From positions 121,210,001 through 121,274,000 of the forward strand of contig OZ024741.1 in assembly GCA_964016885.1 (NCBI GenBank): a stretch of 64,000 bases of DNA. The letters run 5' to 3'. The notes under the pieces were generated by a model. That model was not told the DNA's origin. It worked only from the letters and a program-made list of their open reading frames with translations, and searched no databases. The first letter of the stretch is position 1. Each line of letters starts with the position of its first letter. This document shows, one piece after another, positions 26,998-42,449 of the stretch. Both the position numbers and the translations under genes were made by a program. The stretch is from Eledone cirrhosa (taxonomy: Eukaryota).

Positions 26998-27072
26998 GCT
27001 GTCTGATGATGTCACGGCACTGGGTACACCGAAGAGTGTCGCCACTGTCGTCATTGAAATATATATCACAGC
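26998..27072 (+). ncRNA. Type I hammerhead ribozyme motif
   Basis: GCTGT-CTGATGA-TGTCACGGCA...TGTCGTCATT-GAAA-TATATA-TC-ACAGC. Confidence 0.8.
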
Positions 27073-27088
27073 ATTATCATTAAAGGAG

Positions 27089-27277
27089 TGTGGATTGGCA
27101 GTATCAGTAGAAGGTCGGACGCCATGCTTTGCAGCATAGAGTTACATCCCTTTACGGTCTGAGTTCAAATCCCGCCGAGGTTAACTTTGTCTTTCATCCT
27201 TACAGGGTCGATAAAATAAAGTACCAGTAATGCACTGGGATAATTGCTGGCCTTGTGCCAAAACTAGAAACAATTAT
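27089..27277 (+). mobile_element. Meta-domain-type SINE, full length
   Basis: Same family as 16092; B-box GAGTTCAAATC. Confidence 0.85.
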
Positions 27278-27475
27278 CATTAAAGGACTTTAACATCTGA
27301 AACTACTTCGCATTTTCTTATTCTATATATGTATATGTAAATATATATATATGTGTATATATATATGTGTATACATATATATATATATGTATATATATAT
27401 GTATATATATATATGTATATATATGTATATATATATGTATATATATATATATATGTATATATATGTATATATATA

Positions 27476-27555
<80 letters not shown>

Positions 27556-27863
27556 AGGTGGAATTGGAAATAGCACGGAAAATATATTTAAGGGTCTGGT
27601 GTTCTTTTTTTTCTTTCTTTGATTCGTCAAAGTGACATTATTGAAAAAATGAGAGGGACAATTCTTTAAAAAAAAAAAAGAGTTTTATAAAGTATACAAA
27701 GTATAACCGGTTTCGATTTATCATTATCAAATGTTGAGTGTTAAAATTAAAAAGAATTAATAAGAATTAAAAACTAAAAATTAAAGATTTAAAATTAAGT
27801 GTTGAGGTAAGTTTATTTCATCTTCCTTGTTTATATATATATATATATATATAATATATATAT

Positions 27864-28018
27864 AATTGTTTGTACTTTTGCACAAGGCCAGCAATTACCC
27901 AGTACATGACTGGTACTTTATTTTATCGACCCGTAAGGATGAAAGGCAAAGTTAACCTCGGCGGGATTTGAACTCTATGCGTCAAAGCATGGCGTCCGAC
28001 CCTCTACCGATACTGCCC
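27864..28018 (-). mobile_element. Meta-domain-type SINE
   Basis: Reverse complement of the 16092/27089 family. Confidence 0.8.
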
Positions 28019-28173
28019 ATATATAATAAGGAGTTGACAGACCCAGCATATTAATCAATGCCAGGACCGGTTGTATCTCAGCGTACTCAATAGGTAATGT
28101 AGGATACACATAGAGTATACACATAGTTATTCGCTTCAATACAACACACGTAAAACGGGTGTCTATAATAGTT

Positions 28174-28284
28174 CCCGGACTCGTGTTTCGGCCACACTTA
28201 ATGCAGCAGCAGGGTGCACTGCACCCTCTGTTTGCATATATTATACAACAATGCATAATCGGCGCTTGTGGCTTCATCAGCGGG
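28174..28284 (-). ncRNA. Type I hammerhead motif with long stem II insertion and GUC site
   Basis: Minus: CCCG-CTGATGA-AGCCACA...TGTGGCC-GAAA-CACGAG-TC-CGGG. Confidence 0.8.
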
Positions 28285-28318
28285 TATCGCCTAATCAATA
28301 ACCAATCGATTGAAATAT

Positions 28319-28361
<43 letters not shown>

Positions 28362-28467
28362 ACCATCTTTTGATCTTATATTATGCATACTCCAGTCCCA
28401 CAAACTGTAGAGTGCTTCTTATCCGATATCTGCATTGCTTTATTGTACTACAATAAAACTCACCTCC

Positions 28468-28563
<96 letters not shown>

Positions 28564-28803
28564 TGATGAACTTGGATTAGTATTTCTATTCACAATTAAC
28601 TTTGCGAAACAACAAGTTGTTTGGGTGATTGGTAGTTACCACAATTCCGGTTTGTATTTATTTTCTTAATTTTTTCTTAAATTGAGACAAGCAAACCCAA
28701 TTGTCTATAGTTAGTATTCTTTTCACCTTAGTGAATCAGGTCCCTTACGATTTGAACACATATATCTGTATGTCTGTGTTCGCTTTTCTTTTATATTCTA
28801 TTA

Positions 28804-28842
<39 letters not shown>

Positions 28843-28843
28843 C

Positions 28844-29025
28844 CTTTCACCGTACTTTTGACTAAAGGAATTTTAGCCTGATAATGGGGTTTAGAACCCT
28901 CAGATAAATGGAAAAAGATGAGTATTGACGTACATGTACGTCAATACTCATCTTTTTCCATTTATCTGAGGGTTCTAAACCCCATTATCAGGCTAAAATT
29001 CCTTTAGTCAAATGTACGGTGAAAG
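28844..29025. repeat. Near-perfect palindrome (~90-bp arms)
   Basis: Centred on GACGTAC-AT-GTACGTC. Confidence 0.9.
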
Positions 29026-29161
29026 CTATTCTATTTTCTAATTTCAAACCATGATCAAAACATATTTACTTATATATAATATATGTCATATGCTTCTGTC
29101 ACATATTCAACTAAATCGCGTGATTAAACATAGCCAGTGAACAAAGCTATTTTGTTACAAC

Positions 29162-29196
<35 letters not shown>

Positions 29197-29400
29197 AAAT
29201 ATGAGAAAAACCACAGACACTCCATCTGAACTCTATTTTTGAAAAGCAGAAGAACTGCGAAACCGGTAAAGGAACCAAATAAATATATATACTTTAAAAA
29301 AAAAAGACTCCAGTTACATTTTCGATTTCAAATTTTTTCCTTATACTTTCACTCGTGTAGGACACCTCGGTTATTTTTCATTTTGTAAAAAAAACCTCAC

Positions 29401-29508
<108 letters not shown>

Positions 29509-29569
29509 CTGCATTCGTTAGCTTGGCTGCAACCATGGCTTCGTTGATGATGCTGTACTAAATTTTGTG

Positions 29570-29622
<53 letters not shown>

Positions 29623-29719
29623 AACGAAATCGCGTTGTTCACTGGCTATAGTTTAATCACGCGATTCAGTTGAATATGTGACAGAAGCATATGGCATATA
29701 TATATATATTTCCACAAAG

Positions 29720-30530
29720 AGGAGATCTCAACGCATTTTTCTATCTGAATATTGTGCAGATTATTTACTTCTACTGTTTTTACCATAAAATTATTTCCTG
29801 ACATCGCAGAGATATTTCACATATCCCATATGAGCGTTACAAGGTATTTGAAAACACTTGGATACGTCAATCGCTATGATGAGTGGTTTCCTAATGATTT
29901 AACGGAAAAATATTAATAGACCGTATTTGTATCTGCGATTCTCAGCTCAAACGAAACAAAAATGATCCATTTTCGAAAAGAATGATCACAGGTGATGAAA
30001 CATTGATTGCTTACAACAATGTAGAACGCAAAAGAAAGTGGAGAAAACGAAATAAACCATTTTCAACCATTCTAAAAGCCGGTCAGTATCCGTTGAAGGT
30101 AATGCTCTATATTTGGTGGGGTTTGAAGGGTATATGAGCTTCTTCCACGAAATGAGGCTTTAAATTCTGACTATTATTGTTCTCAATTAGACTGATTAAA
30201 GAAGGTAATCGATGGAAAACGTCCAGAATTGGCAAACCGGAAGGGTGTAGTCATACATCAGGACAACGCTAGACCACACATTTTTTTGCAGACCCGGCAG
30301 AAATTGATACAGCTTGGCTAGGATGTCCTACCGCACCTACTGTATTCACCCGACCTTGCACCTTCGGATTATCATCTATTTCAATCCCTATAACATCTTC
30401 TTTAGAAGACTTGAAAAAACCACCCAGACCAGTTCCTGACCCAGAAAGATGTGAAGTTCTGGGTGGATGAAGTTGCCTCAAAGATGGCGTACGGTAGTGG
30501 AACAAAATGGAAAATATGTGGTTAAATAAA
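29720..30530 (+). pseudogene. mariner transposase C-terminal fragment (mellifera-like)
   Basis: RMITGDETLIAYNNVERKRKW, KVMLYIWWG, KRPELANRKGVVIHQDNARPH, YSPDLAPSDYHLF; frameshifts and stops. Confidence 0.88.
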
Positions 30531-31779
30531 GATAGGTTCAACTATTTAAATAAAATGAAGCACCAGTAATGCAACGAGGTCGATTTAATCGAACTTTCCA
30601 CCTCCTTCAAATTGCTGGCTTTGTGCTTAAAGTAGAAACAATTATTATAATGGCTGTCAAATGTCAAATAAAAAAATAGTGAAAATCGATGCGCCAACCT
30701 CCTTTAGGAGAGAAACGCTGTAAATGTTCTACCTGGTAGCTATGTCGAAGGAAGTTATATGGTGGATAGACCTGACACCAAGGGAGTACTGACCCCCTAC
30801 GTTTCAATGGTGAATCCTTAGATGTCGAAATTAGAGTTTATAAAATAATTGTTTCTACTTTTGGCACAAGGCCAGCAAATACCCAGTGCATTACTGGTAC
30901 TTTAATTAGAGTTTATAAAATAATATTCGGAAATAAGTTACTTGAATTAGAGTGCTCAGCTAGAATGTTGTAGTAAAACATCACACCCCGAGCACCGAAG
31001 CCTGGCGGACCTGATGGTGGACACGTCGATAATAGGCTTGGGGACAGATATCTCCCACTCTGGATAAGTCCTCATCAACTTCTTCAAGTTTCATCTAGTT
31101 TCATTTCCTTCTAGTGTGTTTGATGAAAGATGGGCATGGTTGAATGGGCCTACACTGACGATACTTTTCTCAGCAGGAGGGAAAAAGCACAAAGAGGGGA
31201 CTTTTATTGTTTTTCATACCACAAACTAATCCAGAGTTTTGTATGAAGTTTTCTCTGGAATTACTCTAAAGGGAATTTTCTCTGTTTACATTGTTATTGC
31301 TTAATTTATGGTACAATTGTTTCATAAAACCTACAGTTTGACAAATTTGTCCGAACACGGAAGAACCGAACTCCCACTGTCATCGCCTCCATCTCTCTCG
31401 CCCTCCCAATGTTATTATCTCTTTTGTTTTGTGTTAGTTACTCTTTTTCCACAGATATTTAAACCCGCACTGTATTGTACCGTTCTTTATGTCTTTTGTA
31501 AACAATTAGTGATTAATAAGGGAAAGATTATGATTATTAACATTTGATCTGTGTCCTTCCGAAATAACTCCTAGGTGGCGCTTCCTCCTATTTGGGATCT
31601 CTTTTGTTTAAACATTTTTGTTATTTATTGTTATTGTTATTGTTTTTATATGCTTTTATATATATATCCCCACTGTCCTGTCTTTTCTATTTTTCTATTG
31701 TCCATAATGTTTTCCTTCCTAGTGGCCAATAAAGAAATCATTATTATTTTTATTATTATTATCGTCTTCCTTCGAGGAG

Positions 31780-32338
31780 GAAGGGCAGGCGGTTTTCATC
31801 TGCCTGGTGGCCATGGCGAAAGAGATTGTGTGGTGGACAAGGTTAAAAGGGTTAAAGACAGACACTTTCCTCTTCGGCGAATCCCTAATTAACTTTTTCA
31901 AGTTTCACTTGAAGAGGAAAATCAGGGTGGAGAGGCAAGTGCTGCTTTCTAGCAAGTTTGTTGAAAGGTGGGTGAATGTAGCGAGAATGGTCCGAGTGAA
32001 CGGGACCACTCTGAATATACGTCTGTAGTTTGAGAGATGGAAAAATTGAGAGAGGGCGCTTGCCCTGGTGGTCAGGGTGGCCGTGGTCTTTTGTGTGGTT
32101 TTCGCCACGAGTAACCCTCGGAGGTTTCCCCCCTATTGGGGAATTTTTCATTGTTTCAATTTTCATTTTTATTGTTTATATATATATATGTTTCTATGTC
32201 CTTTTTTTCTTCTTTTCTTATATAAATAATAAAAATATTTACACGCAAAAAACCCACATCGTACCGTCCTGTGCCGTCTGTAATATTTTTCTTGATGTCA
32301 GCCCTTGTGGCCAATAAAGAAATCATTATTATTATTAT
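31780..32338 (+). mobile_element. 5'-truncated L1/Tx1 copy with (ATT)n tail; further 3' pieces at ~31068-31170 and ~31570-31760
   Basis: AMAKEIVWWTRLKGL..ERWVNVARMVRVNGTTLNIRL* is homologous to the ORF2 ends at 54946 and 60611; ends GGCCAATAAAGAAATC(ATT)n. Confidence 0.85.
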
Positions 32339-32576
32339 TGTTGCATGCTGTCACTGCTTTACTGAGCTTTACATAGCTCCGTGTGTCTTGGGAATGTGCA
32401 GTGTTGTTGTTTCTATTATATTGAAAGTACTCAACGTAATATATGTGTACAATGTATAATAAGTCCTATTTTCTGTATGTTGTACATATTTACAAGTACT
32501 GGAGTTTTAGTTATATATTTCTCTGTGTGCTTTTTAATCATTTCCAGAATACCTATTATTATAGAGATTATTTTTG

Positions 32577-32646
<70 letters not shown>

Positions 32647-32649
<3 letters not shown>

Positions 32650-33266
32650 GAGCTGCACAATACATACATTGGATAATGTGTAAGCATTTTGACCTGCCCC
32701 ATCAAAAGAATTGGTGGGAGCATCAACCACCTCCCATACTTGAAAAAGATCACATCTCAATCTTGTGGAACTTTAGCATCCAAACAGACCGAAAAATAGA
32801 TGCAAATAGACCTGATATAATATTGAAGGACTTTCAAAAGAGGGTATGCCTGCTAATTGATATGTCTGTTCCAATAGACAAGAATGTATCTATAAAAACA
32901 TTTGAAAAATTGAGCAAGTATAAGGACCTGGAGATAGAAATTGGAAAAATGTGGAAATTGAGAACTAAAACAATACCAGTGGTTGTAGGCGCTCTGGGAA
33001 TGATACCTAAGGGGTCTAATGATTACTTATTGCAAATCCCAGGAAACCCGCATATAGGAGAAATACAAAAGATAGTACTAATGGGAACTGCCCATATACT
33101 AAGGAAGATTCTGTCAATATAAGTACATCACAAGTCTAAACACTAAAGATGCATGTGTGAATATGTATGTTCTTTCTTGAACATGGCGGACCTTGTTGTC
33201 TCTTGAGGTCACTGGTTGTGACTTGGTGATAACTCGTATGAACATAAAGCAAGATAAATGCAACTG
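32647..33266 (+). mobile_element. R4/Dong-like non-LTR element, 5'-truncated, restriction-like endonuclease intact to 33122
   Basis: ILWNFSIQTDRKIDANRPDIIL..LIDMSVP..EKLSKYKDLEIEI..PVVVGALG; (TAA)n on both sides. Confidence 0.85.
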
Positions 33267-33313
33267 TAATAATAATAATAATAATAATAATATTAATAAT
33301 AATAATAATACTC

Positions 33314-33397
<84 letters not shown>

Positions 33398-33598
33398 ATT
33401 ATTATTATTAGTAGTAGTAGAAGTAGTGGGAGTAGTAACTGTTTTTCCATTGCCCTACTACGCTAGAAAGGAGTCAGAGGGTGATTTAATTATTAGATAT
33501 AAATACAGAGCATGAACTAAATTCCAATCTTGGTGAGAGAATATAAAGATGGGTCCGAGAAAGACATAGTTTATAAATTATAGGGGACCAACCGACTG

Positions 33599-33641
<43 letters not shown>

Positions 33642-33649
33642 CGAGAGAG

Positions 33650-33735
<86 letters not shown>

Positions 33736-33829
33736 GGGAGTTTATGGAAAACAACTCGTTGATGTATAAAGACGAAGGGACGGACAGAGAAATTGTTGGT
33801 TTGCTGACTTCTCTGGGTGTGTGAGATAG

Positions 33830-34158
<329 letters not shown>

Positions 34159-34404
34159 TATATATATATTATATATATATGTAAAACAGTCACAGTGTTC
34201 TAGTTTGCTAGACGCATTTGTTGAATAGGAAATATAAATTTGAATAATTTTAAAAGCCATACAATGCATTAGAAAATTAAAGCTACCAAGACAACGCTAG
34301 AATTTTACCTTAAATTTGCTGAGGTAAAATTCTATTGTTTTCTTGACACCTCTAATTTTCTAATGCATTGTATGGTTTTTTTAAAAATTATATATATATA
34401 TATG

Positions 34405-34684
<280 letters not shown>

Positions 34685-35880
34685 CTAGCATTAAAGCCCG
34701 GCGTTGCTCGGGGTCAGTAAGTTACCAAAGTTAAGTTGCACCACCCATTTTATGGCAGCACTTTTTTGTCTGGGTGAATGAATTTTGACTGGGTGAATGA
34801 ATTGCAGACCTGGACTGCCGAAGCAGGAGCTGCGCCAGCAGTGACAATTGTAGTTTCGCCTATGGATATTATCTCTGCGCAAAGAAGTGTTGAAATTTAT
34901 TGTTTCACAGTACTTGCGCAACACGCGCGTAGACGATGCCAGCCGAACAACAGAGCTGCGATGGAGTTGTTCTGCATGGTTGTCTAATGTATGTTTTCTA
35001 AATGTAAGATAGTAGGGAGGGGTGTGATATGGGTGAGAGTTAGCTGCTGTTTCTAGCAGGTTTAGTGACCTCATAGAGGATATGTTTTCTAAATTTAAGA
35101 CAGTAGAGAGTGGTGTGAGATGGGGGAGAGTTAGCTGCTGTTTCTAGCAGGTTTAGTGACCTCATAGAGGATATGTTTTCTAAATTTAAGACAGTACGGG
35201 GTGGTGTGATATGGGGGAGAGTTAGCTGCTGTTTCTAGCAGGTTTAGTGACCTCATAGAGGATATGTTTTCTAAATTTAAGACAGTAGGGAGGGGTGTGA
35301 TATGGGGGAGAGTTAGCTGCTGTTTCTAGCAGGTTTAGTGACCTCATAGAGGATATGTTTTCTAAATTTAAGACAGTAGGGAGGGTGTGATATGGGGGAG
35401 AGTTAGCTGCTATTTCTAGCAGGTTTAGTGACTACATAGAGGATATTATTGTGTATAGTAAATGAACTGATACTTCTTTCTTCCACGTTCGTTCATAGAT
35501 GTTTTAAAAAAGATTTATCGCTATTTTTGTTGTTGTTGAATAAATTTATCTGTTGCTTTTGAATAATTGTTGTTTCGTATGAAAGGTAATAAGTTCTCTT
35601 CGTTGTCATTGAAGTAAATAAATGTTTGACCGTTCCACACTCAAAAACAAACGTTCTCTCTCTCTCTCCCTCTCACTCTCTTCTCTCTCTCTTCGGCGTT
35701 CCCAAAGGAAGTTTGTAAGCATGTATGTAGTTTTATCGAATTTTAAGGGATTAGAGAGAGGTAATCAGATTCTATTAGAGGGGTAAAGCGTCATGTATTT
35801 AGTTTTATCGATTATTTCCATAATTGTGGGTTAGTTTGAATGAAATAAATAGTCGTTGACCTAAGTTGGACCATTAATGA
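34685..35880 (-). mobile_element. Non-autonomous Helitron with internal tandem array; 5' end not resolved
   Basis: CTAG plus hairpin end as at 18833; colinear with 18833-19450. Confidence 0.8.
34991..35444 (+). repeat. 91-bp tandem repeat, 5 copies
   Basis: Units start at 34991, 35082, 35173, 35264 and 35355. Confidence 0.95.
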
Positions 35881-36446
35881 TTAATTTAATTAGACAATTC
35901 TATTGATTGGTTAATTGTTTATGTTTGTTTAATAACATCTAGCTGTGAGCTTTTATTCGGTTTCTGTAAAGGATATAAATCCATTTTGAATTTGACCAAA
36001 TTTTGAATTTGACCGCCAAAATCGGGGGTTACCTCCCTTCGGATAAACCACGTGACTACTGGCGGTGTTTACTACTAGTTCTTACAACCGGTGGCGGCAG
36101 AACGAAAACTTGTTGACGAAGTAAATTCCACTGTTCTATCTTCAAAAACCAATTAATTGCAGGCCCCTGCAAATGGATTTTGTTGATTTGGGATTTACAG
36201 AAACCTAGCGGAAATATTATATAATATCTCCACGATGGTCTAGGTATTGTCAACATTTTCTTGAGTCGGTTTTTTTCGTTGTTCTGGTCCTAGCGATTCG
36301 CTTTTCGGTCGCTGTCTTCAATTTGCATAGCTGTCTAAACGTAATGTTATAACTCTAAGATAAATTCCTTATTGAGTGCTTTAGATGCACTTTCCGACTG
36401 CATTCGTTAGCTTGCTTGCAACCAGAGCTTCGATTATGCTGTACTA

Positions 36447-36587
<141 letters not shown>

Positions 36588-37079
36588 TTTGAAGGCGCCG
36601 ACCGAACTAGAAACTGCTAAATGTGTGGCCGCCTTCTTGTCTCTCTGCCTTTTCAGCCCCATGGATTATATTCCTTTGTTAAATTTCGAATACCTGATGA
36701 TGTCACCGGATTCATACTGAACCCGGTCACTGAAATGTTCATAATATAATAAACCTTTAAGGAATTACACCAGTCCAGCCACCTGTTATTTTACAATAAT
36801 TAACTCTGTACTCGCACCACCAACAACACAAACGAAGACGGATGAGTTGCATTACGTCGAGTGCTCTCCCTAATATTACATCGAGGTTGACCATACAGAA
36901 TGACCAGTTCTATCCAGTGGTGAACCAACAAATCTAAATGTATATATATATATATAATTTCCTTCGAATGAAACAGTTCTAGTCCTGTAAGAAGCCATTT
37001 CTATATTAAATTTGTTTTATACACTCTACTAATTTATTGAGTACCTTACTTATTGTAGTTACCTTCGATTGAACTCGGG

Positions 37080-37207
<128 letters not shown>

Positions 37208-37681
37208 TATATATATATTTAAAAATAAAAGATAAGGTTTTTCTGCTCTATGATTAAAGCCTTTACCGTTTAGAAATCAGGAGTTATCGAAAGAAAATAA
37301 AAAAATAGGTAAGAAAATCCTTATATTTACAGTATAGAGAACTAAGTTGAATAATGGCATTAACAGTCTTAATCTCAAACATTCAACTTACACACACACA
37401 AAACACAGCCTTGCCGTCTAGGTATCATTCTGATTCTGCATGAATATTCATCTTTAGAACTGACGGAAATCCATTTACTTATATCATTGTATTTTTGTCG
37501 TTGCTATTTTTTTAGCTGCAAGTTTTAACATGTTCCAGCTGTCGTCTGATTCTAGATAATAATATCACAAACATTGAAACAGTAATGGAGGCGGTGAACG
37601 AATAGAAAAATTATTGAGCTGTATCAATGTTTAAACATCAGAGCAATAGTAAATGGAAGATATATACTGCTTTATATGTGA

Positions 37682-38317
37682 CTAGCAGATTTACCCGGCG
37701 TTGCTCGGGGTTTGAAATTATGCTAAGAATATACAGCTAGGCAGTAAAAGAAGAACATTATTTGCCCCAACCTGTCAAAATAAGCAGAAGTCTTCAATAA
37801 TTAATGCAAACGAATATTTAGTTCAATCTTTGTACACATAAAACTATGCTGATAATGAAGGAAAACACTGAACAGGATGCAGTTATACAAATAATTAAAG
37901 ACAATACACGTTGCAAATCTGTAAAAAAAACAGGCAGTTTTGCTAAAGTACAAAAATTTGTAATGAAAGCAGATTTGTATACAAACAAAAAAACAATGAG
38001 AGTAGAATAAGAGAAAATCTATTCTTTGAGAGCATCCTTTGCTGTGTATGGTTGGTGAAAAGGTTATCTCCCTTTTTTATAAGGATTGTCAATAAAGTTT
38101 GTTATCTCCCTTACATCAAGTTTTCTACCGATAATTTTGATATCGATTTTTTAATTGCTCAACGTGGGTCGATTTGAAAAATATTCGTGATGTGACAATC
38201 TTAGCGACCTGCGCAACGTGCACAGAAAATTTGGTCAAATTCAGTTGGTAATTGTGAAAGCCTTATGCATGCCAAGTTGTACACAGACACACATCCTCGC
38301 TTTTATATATATAAAGA
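37682..38317 (-). mobile_element. Non-autonomous Helitron
   Basis: CTAGCAGATTTACCCGGCGTTGCTCGGG end; 5' TCTTTATATATATAAAAGCG end. Confidence 0.75.
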
Positions 38318-38484
38318 TGTGTATGTGTGTACGATGGCATGTATGTATGTAGTATATGAGAAAGGGAGAGAGACGTAAACATAGAGAAAAATACGAGAAA
38401 GAGGTGAGAACAGATATATGTATACATATGTATGTACATGTAAATATGTATATGTATATGTACATGTGTATATGTATGTGAATG

Positions 38485-38586
<102 letters not shown>

Positions 38587-39255
38587 TAATAATAAATTTG
38601 AAGACTAAAATCCAAAGAGGGCTCGATAAGGGTAAATATATATCAGATATATAAGAACCGTAGAGCAAATATTTATTAAAATAACAGATTAAAGTTTAAG
38701 CAAAGAATCGCTGCTTTCACCCTTAACGGGATCTTCTGAAAGCAGCGATTCTTTGCTTAAACTTTAATCTGTTATTTTAATAAATATATATATATATATG
38801 TATTTACGTATATATGTGTGTGTATATATACATACATACACATATATAATTATATATATACATCTATCTATCTATAAACATGTATATATATAAAATATTG
38901 TTATTATATATAAAATATTGTTATACTTTGGGTCAAGTTGGCAATAAAAACACACGAAGGTGTTGGTTTTCACTTCAATTTATTATAAAGTTCTAGTTAG
39001 TTTAAAAACCGAATGGTTGTGACACCCCCAGTAATTAATATGCTATGTGTCACTCCTTTGTTCTGACCTACAGGACACATGTTCAGATAAGAAATCTTAC
39101 AAAAGAAATACAAAAACGACATATATAAAATTGCAAATCTGAAGAACTATTAGATAAAATATATACAGTATTTCCTCTCCTAATCAGTATAAATTAACCA
39201 CATAAAAAATCATTTAAACGAGGCTATAAGTTTAAAATGTACTTATGAAGAGATA

Positions 39256-39321
<66 letters not shown>

Positions 39322-41369
39322 TGAAGTAAAAGTTAAGTGGAAATATCCAAGAGTAAGAGCACTCAGATAGGCGACCATCTTTGCTTTTAATTTTATCATG
39401 AGTGGTGAGCAGAGTATGAATGCAGACGACATGACGAGGGCATGGTGCTGAGATATATACAATGTCCGGGTTAATATAAAAAAGACAAGGATGAATAAAA
39501 TTGGACGAGGAGAACGAATAGAAGAAATAAAGAAATGAAGAAAGATTACATAAAGAAATGAAGAAAGGATACGGCGTTGACAAAAATATACTTTGTTCAA
39601 TGAAAGAAAGATAGAAATGATGAAGAATAAAAAAATAAGGATGTCTGCATAGAAATAAAGAGAAAGAATGAAAAAAATGAAAGGAGAATGAATGAAAGAA
39701 TACAAGAAAGTGAAAATGAAGAACGAAAAATGAAGAACGAAAAAGGAAGAAAGAAAGTAAAAAAGAAATGAAGAAAGGAAGAAAAGATGCAAAGAAGAAA
39801 GAATGAAAGAAAGAAGGAAGAATAAAAGCAAAAAGAATGAAAGAAATTTGGAAAGAAAGAAAAAAGAAGAGATAATGAGAGAAAGAAAACCAGAAAAGAA
39901 AAGTGAATAAAACCCAAGGCACCGTTTTAAATGTCCCCAACATCATTTCTCTCTCTTTGTTTTTTTTTATATTCTTTCTTTCCTTGTTTTTGCTAAAAAT
40001 AATTTATTCGTTTGACCCCCCCCCCCCCCCCCCCCCCTCCCAATAAAAATAAGATAAAATAAAATATATTTAAAAAAATCAATTCGGTGTGGTAGATCAT
40101 GTGACAATTGTGGTATTTAGGGCAAGGCAAGGTAGTCAAATAAAATAAGGAAAAACCGAACAAAAATAACACAACACATTCTCCATCTCCAGTCTTCTGT
40201 AACAGCCAGCCCACTACTAAAACTTTATTTCTTAGAGTATTGTAGAACAAGCGCATATCTTTAAGTCAGTCCAATGAAAAAGTACACCTTCATACCAGAT
40301 ACTCCGATAAAGTAATATATTGTATTGTTAGGACCGGCGCAACCATTAGGCCAACTAGGCAGCCTCCTAGGGCACAAATCTCAGATAGGTGTGCATTACT
40401 TAACGTTAAAGGATTACAGCTTTATACAGACCAGATACTACCATTAAGGCTAACTAGGCAGCCACTCAGAACACAAACCTCAGAGAAGTGCATTACTGAA
40501 CCTCAAGGGATCACAGTTTTATACAAATTTGTATAATCAAATGAAATATATAATAATTTCATGCGATCAATAAATAAATCGCTAAACATCTTTGCCTGTC
40601 CTTGACAGCGTTGTAGAAATATCGAAAGTGTTGGAGATCGATAAAAGAAGTACCAGGCTTGAAAAGAATAAGCACTGGTTTCAATATGAGCCAACAAAAA
40701 GTCACTTTAAAGTGGGTGCTACAGATTGGGCGCGGTCTAATGTCGGAAACTAGCAAAAGAATAGAGGTAATTTCAAACTTAACTCACATACGACAGGTAA
40801 ATTTGAGCTGTCTTTTTTTTTTTTCAACCTATTGTTAACATGTTATTTTCAAATTATGACTGTGAAGTGAATTTGTCCTCTCAGCCATGCCAGCATTCTG
40901 TAAGACGAGAATGGTGACGGCTGTAAATGACTTCTGTAAATGTCTTCTGCTGAATCACGACTAAACTGAAGCTAAACCACCATGACCAGCACTGTCGCCA
41001 CGGCCAGTAGCGTCACCATCACCACCGCCACCACAACCACTACCAACACCATTGCTGCCGCCGCCACCGAAACACATTTTTGTCCGACACTCTACCAATT
41101 CTGCCAATCCACCACTGTTATCCCAACAAATAATAAAAGCAGGAAACCGCTTGGCTGTTATCATAGGAGAGAGACTAATGATAGATCTTCCGTTGGTTTC
41201 GACGGGGAGTATACAGTTGTTCGATCAACTAGATACCGAACTGATGAATTAAAGGTGTAAGCGGTTGAGTAATCAAAAAACAGGTATCATTTCAAAGCCG
41301 AATCAATGTGACCCAATATGTAACAAAGCTGGACCTTTCAATTACTGGTACAAGTAAAATATACCCGTT

Positions 41370-41542
41370 AACGGGCTTCCGAACAGTTTCTGTTTAACCA
41401 ATTTCATTCACATGGGTTCGGTTGACCCGAAACTATGGTAAATGACTTGCCCAAGATGTCATGCATCATGCAATGGGATTGAACCGTGCTATTCACGATT
41501 GTCAAGCAAACTTCTTAACCATTCAGTCATAATTGTGGCCAC
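41370..41542 (-). mobile_element. tRNA-derived CORE-type SINE (relative at ~61992-62145, minus)
   Basis: Minus: TGGTTAAGAAG..GGTTCAATCCC..CTTGGGCAAGT..GGAAGCCCGT. Confidence 0.65.
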
Positions 41543-41714
41543 AAGAGAGAGAGAGAGAGAGAGAGAGAGGGTGGGGTGGGGGTGAAAGTGAGGGAGTGAA
41601 AGTGAGAGAGTGAGAGAGAGAGAGTGAGTGTGAGAAAGGGAGAATGAGAGAGAAGTCAATACCGGAAACGGATACGTTTCTAACGCACCACTTGTTGTCC
41701 ATTTGCAGAGCTTG

Positions 41715-41779
<65 letters not shown>

Positions 41780-41788
41780 ATATATACA

Positions 41789-41820
<32 letters not shown>

Positions 41821-41921
41821 AACTAAAAGAGACATCTATAAATGTATCTTTTTGATTGTTTTATAGTAGATAGAACAATTACATCAGCGGGCTCCAGTGA
41901 TTTTTTGTGATAGGTTCAAGG

Positions 41922-42062
<141 letters not shown>

Positions 42063-42449
42063 TGTGTGTATGTGCGCGCGTGTATATATATACACATACA
42101 TTATATATATATATTATATCATATTATATATATATATGTGTGTGTGTATATAAATATATATGTATATATATATATATATATAAATAATTAGATATCGGTT
42201 GAGGGATGTATATTTAATAAATGTGAAAAACATGTTAACACACGTCACTATTTCGGGTTGGGCTACACGCGATCATAACTTTTAAAGAGTAACGACAATT
42301 ATCGTAATAGTAGCAGAGTCAGTAGTAATAGTATTAGTGGTGGTGGTAGATATGATGGTGGTGGTAGTGGTTGAAGTGGTGGTGGTAGTAGTGGTGGTAG
42401 TATTAGTAGTACTAGAAGAGTACCCCTAAGTTATGGCAAGTGAGGCAAA

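Noticed and set aside
39224-39946. Phe/Ser/Leu-rich 240-aa and 199-aa minus-strand ORFs
   Set aside because: Low-complexity purine-rich tract with no domain motifs.
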